Below are positions 40,609 through 57,846 of a stretch of DNA of 64,000 bases, one piece after another. Positions within the stretch are counted from its first letter, which is position 1. Every line of letters starts with the position of its first letter. The stretch lies in NCBI RefSeq assembly GCF_009914755.1, contig NC_060927.1; one strand, given 5' to 3'. This DNA is from the human T2T-CHM13v2.0 reference genome, Homo sapiens. A program made the translations under genes and the position numbers. Below the pieces are notes generated by a model. That model was not told the DNA's origin, searched no databases, and worked only from the letters and a program-made list of their open reading frames with translations.

Positions 40609-40879
40609 ATTTTAAGCTAATTGCCATAAATTTTGTTTCTATTTTAAATATATTTGAATTTTGAGGGCTTAGTATAAGGGGAATAAAATAGTTTACAGGT
40701 CTTCAGATAAATATAGTGTTTAGTAATACTTTCTAGTAATAGAAACTTTTACAGTAGTCAAAAACAGTTGGTTAATAAATAGGAGCTAGTCTTTTCACTG
40801 CTCTGTTTGGCATCACTGTCTGTTAAAAGGCAATATAACTAGGCTGTTATTATGCTCAGTCAAAATGATAACAGGTTAG

Positions 40880-41184
40880 GGCTGGGCATAGTGGCTCATG
40901 CCTGTAATCCCAGCATTTTGGAAGGCTGAGGCAGGCAGATCTTGAGGTCAGGAGTTCGAGACCAGCCTGACCAACATGGTGGAACCCTGTCTCTACTAAA
41001 AGTACAAAAATTAGCTGAGTGTGGTGGTGCATGCCTGTAATCCCAGCTACTCAGGAGGCTGAGGCAGGAGAATTGCTTGAACTTGGGAGGCAGAGGTTGC
41101 AGTGTGTCCAAGATTGTGCCAATGCACTGCAGCCTGAGTGACAGAGCAAGATTCTGTCTCAAAAAAAAAAAAAAAAAAAAAAAA
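40880..41184 (+). mobile_element. AluS-family SINE
   Basis: GAGTTCGAGACCAGCCTGACCAACATGG; A24 tail; TSD core CAGGTTAG on both sides. Confidence 0.93.
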
Positions 41185-41454
41185 TGCAGGTTAGTACATA
41201 TTGTTGTCCTGAATAGTTCATTTATTTATGTTACCTCTCTGGCTCCTGAGGGGACATTAGAATTTTCTTCCTGGATTTTGTAACTAACACGGTGCTTTTA
41301 TGTAAACTGTATTATTTCTTTTCAAATAAGATTGCAAACTTAGGCATTATTAAACCTACTTAAAAATGGGGAAACTCAAGTTTAGAGGGTATGTCTCTTG
41401 TTTAAGATTACCTTAGAGCTGAAATATAGTTATTTTAATGATAATTTTAGTATT

Positions 41455-41770
41455 TGTGTCAATTAGGATGAGTTACTAGCAAGAAATAGAGAATAAAATT
41501 CAAAGTGGCTTAAAAATAAGTAAAAATATTGCTATCAGACATATCACATTATCCAGAGGTGTAAAGCTTTTGGGATGGTTAATTTAGATTTCTAATGGTT
41601 TTGTCAAAGACCAGTTTTGTTCCATCTGTTTTCTTGCTATCCTCAGCGTATTGGTTTTGCCACTAACACCATCCAAATTCATACAGCCTTACAATCAAAT
41701 ATGTCAGCTCCAGCAGGGTTGTTTTATCCATGGTTATCTCTTTTTAAATATTGATAAAAGCTTTCCCAAG
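41455..41770 (-). mobile_element. Old MLT1-like LTR fragment
   Basis: AAGTGGCTTAAA...TCCAGAGGT...TCAAAGACCAG...TATCCTCAGCGTATTGG. Confidence 0.4.
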
Positions 41771-41809
41771 AAAGGCACATCTTTAACGAATCTAACTGGG
41801 GAGGCGTGC

Positions 41810-42070
41810 AAAAACAGAAAATGATAATATAATGTGGTAAGTGCTGTATGAGAGACATGGACTAAGGGTCACTGGGCACAGAGGTTGCAGTTCCTGATGC
41901 TGTAGAATGCAGGAGTTCTCCAAGAGTAGTTCTCCATGGATTTCCCAAAGGATGAGTCAGAGTTCAACAGATAGGTCAGAGGGGCTAAGCTAGGGTTTTC
42001 ACATAAAGGGAATAGCATGTGCAAAGGCAGAGAGGGAGTGAAGAGCCCATGCAGAGATTTTGCATTTGCA
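41810..42070 (-). mobile_element. L2 fragment
   Basis: AATATAATGTGGTAAGTGCT...AGGGAATAGCATGTGCAAAGGCAGAGAGG. Confidence 0.5.
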
Positions 42071-42938
42071 ATAGGCAGAGCAGGCTCCTGCACAAGGGTG
42101 TGAGAGTAACAGGACTCGGGATAAATAAGAAGGGAAGGTCAAACAAAGTGGGTTTGCCTTGGATAAAAGCAAGGCAAATCCACTTTGCTTGTATTCAAAA
42201 TAAATGAAGAACAAGGTTTTTAAAATTTATTTTTGGGGAGGAAAGAAAGAAAGTCGAAAAAAAAAATAGAGATGCCCTGAGTCTTTATTCCTTACAGATG
42301 GGCCTCAGGGGAGTTTAGACTCTGCAGATACCTCTGGGATCGATAATTGGCAAACACTTGTTTTTTCCTACTATAGTGTTTTATGACTTGCAAAATGAAG
42401 TAAACATCGAAAGTCCCTGCCCTTTATGAGCTTCTAGGTATAAAATAATAACATAGCAAAAAGGTTGTAAAAAATAAAGAAACACATAAATAAATATCTG
42501 TGGTTTGTTTTTTTTTTTTTGCTTGTTCTCTCTCTGTCTTCCCCAGGAGTCAGTCCTGTGCTGAGCATGTTGAGATGATAATCTGCTCATAGTGTGGGCA
42601 TCTCAAGTCACATTAATGTTGCTTTAGGAAATTGTAGAGATAGTGGAATCATATGATATAGCAAAGGCTGGTAAAGAAACCTTCAACGAGGTCAATGATA
42701 ATTTGTGAATTAGTATACTTTTTCTTGCAGAATATACACTCCTTTCTGTTTATTTCCACTGACATATTTTAAAATTATTTTAATGACCAATATCTGTTAT
42801 AAACTTAAGACAAAATGGAAAAGGAAGTGATGACATAAATTAAATGAATGGCAAGCCACTATGAATGTTACAGTCAGAACAGCAAAAATGTATGTGAGAA
42901 ACAATTCCGTATTTTGAATATAAGAACCGGCAAAAGGA

Positions 42939-45900
42939 ACGACGTAACATCACACCTTGAGGAACTAGAAAACAAGAGCAAACAACCTAAAACTAGCAGA
43001 AGAAAATCAATAACCAAAATCAGAGCTGAACTGAACGAAATTTGAGATGCAAAACTACATACAAATAATCAACAAAACTAAAAGTTTGTTATTTAAAAGA
43101 ATAAACAAGATTGACAGGCCTCTAGCTAGAATAATACAGAAAAAAAGAGAGGAGATCCAAAAAAATCTCCCAATCAACCAGAAATGACAGAAGGGACATT
43201 GCCACAGGCCCCACAGAAATACAAGAAAACCCTAAGAGACTATTACAAACACCTCTGTACGCAAACTAGAAAACCTAGAAGAAATTGATAAATTCCTGGA
43301 AAGATACAGTCTCCCAAGACTGAACCAAGAAGAAACTGAAATTCTGAACAGGCCAATAATGAGTTGCAAAATTAAATCAGTACGAAAAAATCCTACCAAC
43401 CATAAAAAGCCCTGGACCAGACGGGTTCACAGCCAAATTCTGCGAGATGTACCAAGTAGAGATGGTACCAACTCTACTGAAATTATTCCCAAAACTCGGA
43501 AGGGACTCCTCCATATCTTATTCTATGAGGCCAGCAACATTCTGATACTAAAACCTGGCTGAGATACCACAAAAAGGAAAACTTCAGGCCAATATTTCTG
43601 ATGAACCTAAACACAAAAATCCTTAAAAACAAAACAAAACAAAAAAAACAACCAACCAAACAAACACACAAGAAAAACTAGCAAACTGAATGCAGCAGCA
43701 GCTCATGAAAAAGCTAATCCACCACAATCAAGTAGCTGTATTCCTGAGATGCAAGTTTGGTCAAACATAGGCAAATCAATAAATGTGATTCATTATATAA
43801 ACAAAACTAAAAACAGAAACCACAGAATCATCTCAAAAGGCACAGAAAAGGCTTTTGATAAAATTCAACATACTTTCATGTGAAAACTCTCAACAAACTA
43901 AGCATTGAAGGAAGATACCTCAAAATAATAAGTCATCTATGACAAACTCACAACCAGCGTCATATTGTACAGGCAAAAGCTGAAACTATTCCTTTTGAGA
44001 AAGAAACAAGACAAGGATGCACACTCTCACAACTCCTGTTCAACACAGTACTGGAAGTCCTAGCCAGGGCAAACAGGCAAGATAAATTAAAGGTATCCAC
44101 ATAAGAGGAAAGGAAGTCAAACTTTCTCTTTGCACACAACATGATTTTATACATAGAAAACCCCATAGTCTCTTCCCAAGGGCTCCTAGATCTGATAAAC
44201 AGCATTGGCAATGTTTCAGGTTACAAAATTAGTAGCAGTTCTATATACCAGTAACATGGAAGCTGAGAGCCATATCAAGAATGCAATCCCATTCACAAGA
44301 GACACAAAAAGAATAAAATACCTAGGAATACAGCTAATCTGGGAGATGAAAGATCTCTACAATGAGAATTATAAAACACTGCTCAAAGAAATCAGAGATG
44401 ACACAAACAAATGGAACAATATTCCATGCTTATGGATAGGAAGAATTAGTATCGTTAAAATGGCCATACTGCCCAAAGCAATTTACAGATTCAATACTAT
44501 TCCTGTAAAACTACCAACATCATTCTTCACAGAATTAGATAAAAACTATTCTAAAATTTTTATGGAACCAAAAAGTGCCCGAATAGCCAAATAGCCATAT
44601 AGCCAAAGAAATCCTAAGCAAAAAGAACAATGCCAGAGGTATCACATTACCCGAGTTCAAACTATTACTACAAGGCTATAGTAACCCAAACAGCATGCTA
44701 TTGGTACAAAAAACAGACACACAGACCAATGGAACAGGTTAGAGAACTCAGAAATAAATCTTCACACCTACAGCTATCTGATCTTTTATAAAGTCAACAA
44801 AAACAAGCAATGGAGAAAGGATTCGTTATTCAATAAATGATGATGGGATAACTGGCAAGCCATATGAAGAAGATTGAAACTGGATGCCCTTCTTTTACCA
44901 TACACAAAAATCAACTTGAAATGGATTAAGGACTTGAATATAAGACCTAAAGCTATAAAAACCCTAGAATAAAACATAGGAAATACCATTCTGGATATAG
45001 GCCTCGACAAAGATTTTATAACAAAGTCTCCAAAAGCTATTGCAACAAAACAAAAAGTTGACAAGTGGGACCTAATTAAACTAAACAGTTTCTGCAAAGC
45101 AAAAGAAACTGTCAACAGAGTAAACATAAAACCTACAGAAAATGTTGGCAAACTATGCATCTGACAAAAGTTTAATATTCAAAATCTATAAGGAACTTAA
45201 AAAACAACCGCATTAAAAAGGGGCAAAGGATATGAACAGACATTTCTCAAAAGACATTCATATGGCCAGCAAGCATGTGAAGACAAGGCTCAGTCACCAA
45301 TCATTAGAGAAATGCAAATCAAAACCACAATGAGATACCCTCTCATATCAGTCAGAATGACTATTCAAAAAATAACATTCTGGTGAGGTCGTGGAGAAAA
45401 CGGAATGCTTATACACTGCAGGTGGGAATGTAAATTAGTTCAACCACCTTGGAAAATAGTTTGGAGATTTCTCAAAGAATTTAAAACAGAACTACCATTT
45501 GACTCAGCAGTCCCATTACTGGGTATATACCCAGAGGAATATAAATCACTGTGCCAAAAAGACGCATGCACTTGTAAGTTCATTGCAGCACTATTCACAA
45601 TAGCAAAGTCAGGGAATCAACCTACATGCCCATCCACAGTGGACTGGATAAAGAAAATGCCCTGCATATGAAATACTACACAGACATAAAAAGAATGAAA
45701 TTAAGTTATTTGCAGCAACATAAATTGAGCTGGAGGGCATTATCCTAAGTGAATTAACATAGGAACAGAAAACCAAATACTGCATGTTCTCAATTATAAG
45801 TGGTTGCTAAACACTGAATACACATGGGCACAAAGATGGGAACAAGAGACACAGGGCCCTACTTGAGGGTGAAATGTGGGAGGAGGGTGAGGGTTGAAAA

Positions 45901-46049
45901 ACTACCTGCTGGGTACTATGCTGACTTGGATGACAAAATCATTTATACACCAACCCCAGCAACATGTAATTTACCTGTGTAACAAACCTACACAAGTACT
46001 CCCTGAATCTAAAAAAGAGTTGACAAATAAAATAAATAAAATTCTAAAA
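42939..46049 (+). mobile_element. 5-prime-truncated L1 (L1PA15/16-like), about 3.1 kb, pseudogenised ORF2 plus 3-prime UTR
   Basis: ORF2 remnants KYLGIQL...[12 protein letters not shown] and HCRWECKLVQPPWK; RT FADD motif mutated to FAHN (44129-44140); A-rich tail; diverged TSD AAGAACCGGCAAAAGGA / AAAAATTGGTAAAAGGA. Confidence 0.95.
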
Positions 46050-47184
46050 AAAAATTGGTAAAAGGACAGGATAAAAGAGAGGTTCAGCCACCCTTGACTA
46101 ATTATTATTATACATCTTTTACTACTTCTAACTTCTTTATAAATAAATGTTAAAAACCACATTAAATAATGGATTCAAATCTCTGTCTAAATAGAAGAAT
46201 AGTGTATTTTGTTTATTTTAGAAACCTTTAAATGAGTACGGATGTTCCAAAGTCCTGCTGCTCTACCTCACTTAAAGACAAAACAAAACAAAATTTCTTG
46301 CTAGACAAGTAGCTGCTGGAATTAACAAAAAGCATGTGAATATGCAAATATATGTTAAGATTATACTTATTTGACAATAATTGTAATTTAAATAATTATA
46401 ATATAAATAATTATTTTAAGACTTTCTTTTTTACTCATTTTTCACATTATCCCTTTCTCAGTGCTTTTGGAATCCTGAAGTAAAATGTTTGTTCTTTTTG
46501 TGTTTTTACTTTTTGTGTTTGCTGGACTGTTAATCTTAATTTCAAAATTTTATCTCTTGACATCGAACTTGGTTAGATGGTTGTTTCTCTGGCTGCTGCC
46601 TTAAAACTTCAGCTGTGAGAGAACATGGCAGGGATATTTTCTGACTGAGCTAGGCCTCAGGACCTGTGGTTGGCCTGGAATCAGGTCCAAATGATGCTAT
46701 TTCCTGCTGCTTACTTTAGTTAGTGAGACTGTTTTTTACATTAGTGTTTTGGCTGCTTGACTCTGGCTTTGTCCAAGGAACTTAGATTTCTATTTTTGTC
46801 CAGTTTGTGACCCACATTCTCTAGAGAATCAAGATTTTTTTGATGAACGGCTACAACATCCTTTTTAAAAGCACTTTTCCCCTGTCCCATCACTTTTGAT
46901 ATTTGAAATATTTCCCGTGTTTAAGAGGGTGACTCTGGCTAAAGTTAGTAGCCACACAACTTTACATCCATGATATCTCTACTCTACACCCTCTCTCTTG
47001 TGTGGATGGCCACTTTAAACTGTGCTTAGTTTTTTGGCTTTATAATATCCAGAATCTCTTTTTTTGCTGGAAGTCTACAAAATCTGGAACATGCATATTG
47101 GGCATTATTTAAAGATTAACCTGGCAAGTTCACTTATTGACTAGCAGCTACAAACTCACATTCTGCCCAGAGTACTTGAGCACT

Positions 47185-48230
47185 AATACATTCAATAAAG
47201 ATTTAGTGAGCAAATACTATGTGCCAACTTGGCACTGTAGTAGTTTTTGAGGATGGAAAGAGGAGAAAAATAAGATCTCAGCTTTTGTGAATTTCATAGA
47301 TTGGTATAAGGTGACAAATACTCAAAAGACAACAGCAAAACAATGTGTCTTATGCTATAAGAAGGAATATAACTTGCCTTAAATTGACATCGTCTTTGCC
47401 TTTGAGGATGCACCTTAGTGGAGAGAGAAATTAGCAAAAAGATATCTATATAGAATGGTGCTGGGAACTAATAAACAGTCAACATATGTTTTTGAGTTAA
47501 TGAATGTGGTATATATGCAAGGTGTTTGGTGTATGTGGGGGACATGGTTTCTTCCTGCCCTCATGTATTCTCCCATTTGCAGAAATTCCCCTGTGAAATT
47601 GATCCTTTTTCTTTTTTCATTCCAGAGGATTTGTGTGGGACTGTCCCCCTATCCCAACTTTAGTACTAAACAAATCAGTGTACTTCATATCTGTGTCTGT
47701 ACTATGAGCACATGATCCAGGCCAGGTTAATGATATAAAGTCCTGGGACTTTTGCTGAAATTGTAAAGAGAATATTTACTTTTCCTCTGATGTATGTGGG
47801 AGTTTCCTGAATCCATCTTTGCACATGAAGAAAGAACCTGACTTAGAATAGACCAACACAGTGGTCAAGAGAAAGGAGAGGTGGAAAGATTGAGATTAAA
47901 TTCTGACAACCTCACTGAGTCTTTCAGTAAAACTGGTTCTCTCCTTGGACTTCACAGTCATGTGAGCCTCTAGTATATCATTTTGCTTAAACCAGTTTGA
48001 ATATGTTTTCTGCCCCTTGCTATCAAAATAAAAGTTCTATTTAACATATATAGGAACCCAAAGGTGAAATTATCTAATTCTGCTTAGGAAAAGATTTCAC
48101 AGAAGCAAATCTCCAGCTGAGAGACAGAGGATGAGTAGAAGTTGAACAGATAGACAAGGAAAAAAAATTTTCCAGGAAGAGGAATCAGCACTCACAAATA
48201 CAGAAGTGAGAAGAGCAATGTCATATTATT
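47185..48230 (-). mobile_element. L2 fragments flanking an MLT1 LTR
   Basis: CATTCAATAAAGATTTAGTGAGC...TACTATGTGCCAA; later GGATGAGTAGAAGTT...TCCAGGAAGAGGAATCAGCA. Confidence 0.5.
47560..48048 (+). mobile_element. Old MLT1 LTR (J/K-like)
   Basis: GCACATGATCCAGGCC...CCTGGGACTTTTGCTG...TGGACTTCACAGTCATGTGAGCC...TTTGCTTAAACCAGTTTGA. Confidence 0.6.
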
Positions 48231-48397
48231 TCTGATTTATGCAGCAGATGTTACCTTTCCAATGTTCCATGACCTAGGTCTTCTTTCTTCCATTAATTAA
48301 AATTAGATGTTTTTATAAAAGAAATGGAGATATGCTTAATTGATATGAAAACAGGCTACTGAATCTCTAGAGGGCACAAGTACAATTGGCATATGGG

Positions 48398-48940
48398 TGT
48401 ATTATTAGTTAGGATACTTTGAATGTAAGTAATCAAAAGTCTGACAAACACTGGATGTAGTGGTTCCGGGATTGGTTAGCAAACTCAATAAGTCCATCAG
48501 AGACTTATCTTTTCACCTTCCCATTCTCATAATGTTAACTTTGGCCCTCAAGCTGTTTTGCCTCACCATTGACAGATAATCAGACATTGCATTAATTCAG
48601 CATCGTTCCATCTGCGTAGTTCCAGACATTATATCATTACTCATATCATGTAAGGAAACATTGAAGGAAACAAAAGAGCTTTCTAATGCTTGCATCTCTA
48701 TTTCTTTTTAAACCATGCAAGATAACATGGCCTAGAAGCTCCTCCCTCCAGTAGACTTTTCCTTATGGGTCATTGGTCAGGACTAGGTTACATGCTACTG
48801 TTTAAGGGAAATAGGATTGCTGTAATGAACTAGACCTGTCTTAATTCACCTCTTGGAGCTGAGCATATTGCCATTCAAAATGAAGTTAGGATTCTATTAG
48901 CTAGGAAACAAAGAAAATAGTTGCTACAAAGGAAATCAGC
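48398..48940 (-). mobile_element. Old MLT1-like LTR
   Basis: TTAGTTAGGATACTTTGAATGTAAGTAA...GTAGACTTTTCCTTATGGGTCATTGGTCAGGACTAGGTTACATGC. Confidence 0.5.
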
Positions 48941-49044
48941 CGGATATGTCAGAAGAGTTGCTCTGAATGAGGAGTCAATATAAATACACCTGTTTTATTG
49001 GTTACAAGCTACTTCTCTCAGAGAGCTCGTTCTCACAGTCAGTA

Positions 49045-51637
<2,593 letters not shown>

Positions 51638-51819
51638 TATTTCACAGAATAGTTTTCAAAACCAACGTCATTCTCAGCAAAGCCTACTTGAATCTCACAA
51701 AACATTTAAAGTTTAAAATATGCTTCCTCTTTCATCAGTAACTTACATACATATTTTAGGGTACTCACTGCCCAAAGCAGAGAATTAAACAGCATCAATT
51801 ATAAAAGCATAAGAGTTAA

Positions 51820-52345
<526 letters not shown>

Positions 52346-52384
52346 TTTGCAGTAGAATTGCAGTGAGTTGTGAGGGGTGTGATA

Positions 52385-52620
52385 GAAATATACATGGCAT
52401 AGCAAGAAAAGCATTGGATTTGGGGCCAGAACATTTAGGTTTGCATTTTCACTGTGCTTTTTATGAGTGACTTGGGAAAGGCTTTTGGCTTCTCTCAGGT
52501 TTAATTTCCTCAGTCCTTATGTGGGGATGATGATGATGTTGATGATGATGGAGATAATACTGATAAAGAGAAGGGTGCTTTTTCACACTGCAGCTTTGTT
52601 GTGAAGGTAAAAGTTTGTGA
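52385..52620 (+). mobile_element. MIR SINE
   Basis: AAAAGCATTGGATTTGGGGCCAGAA...GAGTGACTTGGGAAAG...TAATTTCCTCAG. Confidence 0.55.
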
Positions 52621-52829
52621 ATGTGGTTGCTAAATAATTTTCATTTTTCTTCACAATTTCCATTGCATTATTTCATCCTTGGCGTCTTATTGTTAACTTC
52701 ATGAATTTGAAATCAAGATCTGGCTTTGTGTACTCAAGGCCTATATGGTACTCCTCCAAGAGCTGTCTACTTATGAGATAGACTTCTCATTCCCCTCCTT
52801 TTTAGTTCAATTCTCCTGATTTGTTTAAC

Positions 52830-53067
52830 TTGGGGTTTCTCAACCTTGGAACTATTGACGTTTTGGACTAGATAATTGTAAGTTGTAAGGGCTGTCCTGT
52901 GCATTGAGGGATGTTTGTCAGTATTGCTAACCTTTACCCAGTAGATTCTAGCAGCAACCGCCTCCTGCCCCATCACAGCTGTATGCATCAAAAATGTCTC
53001 CAGGCATTGCCAAATATCCTGGGGTAGAAGAGTGCAGACAAAATTGCCTCCAGGTGAAAAACACGGG
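52830..53067. mobile_element. MER20 hAT-Charlie MITE
   Basis: GGTTTCTCAACCTTGGAACTATTGACGTTTTGGACTAGATAATT...GGGCTGTCCTGTGCATTG...AAAAATGTCTCCAGGCATTGCCAAAT. Confidence 0.88.
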
Positions 53068-54684
53068 TCTAACTTTATGATCTATATTTTCCTCTCCCAG
53101 ACTCAGAATTTGTGTTTAATTCAACTTCAATAATGTAAAATATATACTTCTTTTGTGCTGCGTTTTGTCCCAAAATAATGAATGAGCCTTTCAAATTATT
53201 TCATAATTCAAGACACTTTGTGAAATTATCCACATTGTGCTTTGAAAGTACAATATAATTGAGTTTTAAAATAACTAATCAAATTTTCCCATGGATTAGT
53301 TCAATCCATTTAAGTCACAAATATTTTTAAAGAAATCTGTACTTTGATTGTTAAAAACATATAAACCTAAATTTTTTACACTGAGAAAAGGAAATCTTCT
53401 TTATGTAGGCTTTACAAACCTAACAGATGACATTAAGCCATGACGATGTCTATTTGTACTGATGGTGAGATTATGACAGGAAAACATTTAAATAACATAT
53501 ACATTTGATCTTAAAATGTTTTAAAATTAAAATTAATGTGAGTTTAATAAGAAAATGTACTTCAAAATCTAGATGTCCTAAAAAGGCAGCTATAAAATAT
53601 TCATGAGAAAAACATAAATTAATTTAATAGTTACCTTGACTCTTGTGGAACAAAGCAATTTTAGTACCCAGAGACTTAAATTTCCCTTGCTACAGACAGA
53701 TGAGAAATTCATTGTTTGACATGGTAAATAGATCCACTCAGTTGATATATTTGAGGCATCTGTAACTTTGACATTTGAATTGTTATTGAAAACCTTTCCT
53801 CCCCCAACTTTATATAAATAGGAAAAAAAATTCTATTTGCTATTAGGGAAGTTAAAATGGCCAAAGGAAGTGACTACAAACAGATTCACTTCGTCCTTGT
53901 TGATACAGGTTCACCAGAAGGAGCATTTGTGTTTAAAAGCCTTTATGAAATATTTATAAGGGAATATTTTGAATTAGATGGCCAAGAACTGTGTGTGGGA
54001 ATGTTTGAATACAGGTACCTTGATCTATTAGCTCTGGTCCCACCTCTAGATATCTTGCTCTGAAAGGGTATTGTCAGATTGCCTGTTTATGCCTGTGGCT
54101 CTTGCCCTAATTTAAACAAAGAGAAGTCATTTGTAATTTTGTTTCTGAAATCTATTTTTCCCCCTCAGATTTCTAGAAATCAGGCAGTTTTCTTCTAATA
54201 CCTTCTAGATATTAGGTAGATGATAGCATGGTGAAAATTGGTAGCAAACAGTGAACAGATCAGAATGTAAATCTTGGAGTGAGCCTAGAATGACATTTTG
54301 AGGGACTAGGGTCTTTTCATCCATAAATCTTCCATGCTTAAGGTTCCTTGAAGTTTCCTTCAGCTGGTTGAAAGACCCTGCCATATTGTGCCATACCATC
54401 TTCCCACAGATGAGTTTCTCCATCAGAAAATCCTCCACAGTTAACTTTCTCAGCGTTTCAAAGAACCGGAGCTCATCAGAGAACACTGGTAGCTAGGCCT
54501 CTGCAGACCACTACTTAATTTTCTCAACATTTGGGTTTCTTAGTTTCCTCCTACTATCGGAAAAAAAAAAAAAAGATTATGGATTACTGATTGTCTGGAG
54601 GTGAGGCCTTGGGTGAGAACAAGGAGTACTTGCGAGAGCAATGAAAACCTTTTAAAGCAATTCTGTGGCTTACAGTTTTATTAA

Positions 54685-55092
54685 TAAATAAGATTAATCT
54701 GGCTGCTCTATGGAGGTGGATGTGAAAGGATCACAATGCATGTTGGGAGATGTGCTAAACCTTTGCAGTTGTCCAGGTGAGAGATAACGCTGGACAAGGA
54801 TAATGATAATGGAATAGAAAAAAACATTTGAGAAATATTTTGGAAGTAAAACAAACAGAACCTAATGAATTTGATAACATGTATGAGAAAGAGTGAAATT
54901 AAAGATGGCACCTAGGTTTTTGACTTAAGCAACGGATGGTTCATGGTGCCATTTATTCACATAAGTAACCTTAGGAAGAAACAAATTTTAAAAGGAGAAA
55001 TTTAAAATTTGAGTTTTAGATGTATTAATTTTGACAAGCCTGTAAGTCATGAAAAATATGCAGTTAGATATATGTCTGGAGTGCAGGGGAGA
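54685..55092 (-). mobile_element. L2 fragment
   Basis: TCTGGCTGCT...TTGCAGTTGTCCAGGTGAGAGATA...AGGTTTTTGACTTAAGCAAC...TGGTGCCATTTA...GAGTTTTAGATGT. Confidence 0.7.
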
Positions 55093-56799
55093 TAATTACT
55101 GCATTTTGACAGGGTAATATGCTGTCTCCCATATAACTTTTTATTACTCTTTTTGTGAATGAGAGTTTTAAGAGGGAAATTTGGCTCTTTAATTCAACCT
55201 TCCTTTACCTTTCTGCTCACATAAACAGCATCAAAAACAGAAATTCTTCTCCGATTGGCATTGGTGTTCATGTTCCATTGATGATAGCAATATGTTTGTT
55301 TTCATGGTAAATGGGGTGTCTATCTGGTTATCTCAGATCAGAAGACTCCTTTATAGTTTAATCTCAAAGCTGAAAAAAGATTAATGGGAAATGTCATAGT
55401 GATACATCCCATGCTTAGAATCCAATAATTTCATTTTAATCAGTTGCACATTATTGGTAACACTGAATCATAGCTTTGCTTGCTTTTCAAAGATACCATG
55501 ACCTTGCATAGCCGTATGAAGTGAATTAAAAAATCTGGATCTGTTTAGTACATTTTATTAGAACTATTGATGTTTTTATTTTCTCTCTCTCAAGAGAAAC
55601 GTGATGCCTTTAAATTATCAACAAACTGTCACACAGCAAAATAAAACAAAAGAAAACAACTTTACTTAAGGGATTGTCTAAGAATCAGACAGCCTTGCAC
55701 AGCATAATGAGTATCTCTGCCTCTAGAATACTGTATTAAACTGGAGGGGTATAAAAGAACCTGACTTTTACCACTTTGCATTTTCTTTATTCTTAAAATC
55801 CAACCCATATTTTGGGAGGTGGGATTTCATATTGACAGTTAAATATGAAGTCCTAATTCATTTTGGATAATTTGGAAATGAAATTGAAAAATACCTTTTG
55901 CTAACAGATAATTTACACCACAAGATTTACTTTACATAATATATCTTTATGAGAATTTCCGAATTCAGAAGAAAAGATATTCAGTATCTTCTACTGCATA
56001 ATATGTCATCTCTGAATATTTTCTTTAATGTGTTTTGAGTTTTTTAGGCTTGGAAGGATTATTACTGTAAAAGTAATTTTAACATTCCTTTGATAAAATG
56101 CAAAGAAAAAGAGAACAATCAGTCTATTGTCAGAATACATAATCATATGGTTCAGGTTAGAGAAAAAAAAGCTTGACATTCAAGCAATGGGAAATTATCT
56201 TAGAACTCAATTAGCCTAGCATTTGCATTTTTCAAACAGCAAGTTTTTGTGTGTTTTAAACAAGCGACACACTGTCCCTGCTATTTTGATATATGTTATT
56301 TGAAGCTCTGGCTACTCTTTATCAAAAAGAAGAATCTAACTTATTTGGATAGAAGTTTTCCAATTTGATAGAAACAGCTTGGATGGAAACAGATCTTGGC
56401 TGAATCTGAAAACTGCAAGTTAAGTATAACCTATATAAAGACTTGAAGTAACTTGGTTTCTCCTCAACCATTTTTACTTGTCAATAGTATTTTGAAATTT
56501 ACTATCAATACTAATAATAATACTTTGTTTTGGAGAGGGAAATTCAACTGTTATTCTGGATCTAAGTAGGCAAAAATCTTCAGCTTTCTTGTGGGTAGAA
56601 ATGCCGAACATGAGTTCTACATGTCTTAAGTCACTAAGACTTAGGCTGATTCTCTGCATTTTGCCCAGCCTTGGGGCTCTTGCCTTTGGTTAATGTCAAA
56701 TTAACACATTTGTCAATTATCAAATTTGATTTTTGAGTATGTTGGTGAGACGGAAAAGGAAATGTATAATTTTAACAGAGTCCAATTTGTTTTCTAAAA

Positions 56800-57010
56800 G
56801 GCTGTGCTAAAGTGCTTCGGGTTCAACTTCAGGAGTAACTGTTTGAAGTCTGCTCTTGCTACACATTAGCTGTGTGATATTGGGCAAGTTATTTAACCCT
56901 TTGAGACTCAGTTTCCTCATCTGTAAAACAATACCCATTTTATAGGGCTGATGAAATAAAAAAAGTGCCAGGAATAGTGCAAGCATCTAAGAAATAGTTG
57001 TGGTAATTAC
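56800..57010 (+). mobile_element. MIR SINE
   Basis: TAGCTGTGTGATATTGGGCAAGTTATTTAACCCTTTGAGACTCAGTTTCCTCATCTGTAAAA. Confidence 0.8.
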
Positions 57011-57505
57011 CATATTTAATTTAATAATAGTTATAATAATACTGTTATTATTATTATTATTATTATGTTTCCAGCTCGCCCAAACTGCTTATTGATTTTT
57101 CACTAACTCAAGCTAAATTACTAAAAAGAGTGTGTTCAGGAGAAAACGTAAATGTTGTTCAGCTGAAGATGGTATATGTCAGCCAGGCTAATGAACTTAT
57201 TCTTCCAAAGTTTTTTTTTTTTAAGTATTTTGAAATTGAATTTATAAGATTGTAAAGTGAGAAAGGCTTATTGCTCATGTTGTCCAAATGCTTATATACA
57301 ACTAAAGAGTTTGAGTTATGGCTTCCTCACATTCACATAGCTACTTAAGAGCAGAGCTATTAGGCAAGCTTTCTGATTTCCAGTCAAGTCTTCATTGGTT
57401 ATTACGTGCTGCTTCATGAAGTCTGAAGTGACTTGAGAAATAGGTTAACCCAAGAATGTGTGAATGTCTAAGTTTGACCTGCTCAGCTAATTCAGGTCAC
57501 ATATA

Positions 57506-57846
57506 TAGTTGTCCCTCGGTATTTGTGGGGGATTGGTTCCAGGACCCCCACATATTCCAAAATCCATGAATACTCAGTTCCTTATAAAAAATGTTGTAGT
57601 GTTTGGATACAACTTACACATATCCCCCCCAATACTTTAAATAATTTTTAGATTACTTATAATACCTCATACAGTATAAATGCTGTAAAAATTGTTATGT
57701 TGTAATTGTTTAGGGAATAATGACAAGAAAAAAAAGCCTGTATGTGTTCAGTACAGATGTGACCATCTATTTTTTTTCTGAATATTTTCAATCTCCTCTT
57801 AGTTGAATCCATGAATGTGAAACACACAAATATGAAGGGCCATCTG
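57506..57846. mobile_element. MER2 (Tigger-family MITE)
   Basis: AGTTGTCCCTCGGTATTTGTGGGGGATTGGTTCCAGGACCCC ... GAAGGGCCATCTG, flanked by TA. Confidence 0.88.

Noticed and set aside
44205-44594. 129-aa ORF resembling a reverse transcriptase region
   Set aside because: Fragment of a dead L1 ORF2; the catalytic FADD is mutated and there are many frameshifts.
53857-54063. 68-aa ATG ORF with good Kozak context (AAAATGG)
   Set aside because: No recognisable homology, promoter or exon structure; its length is expected by chance.
55969-56025. Imperfect hairpin AAGAAAAGATATTCAG / CTGAATATTTTCTT
   Set aside because: AT-rich 14-bp stem with a bulge and a long loop; too weak for a pre-miRNA or MITE call.
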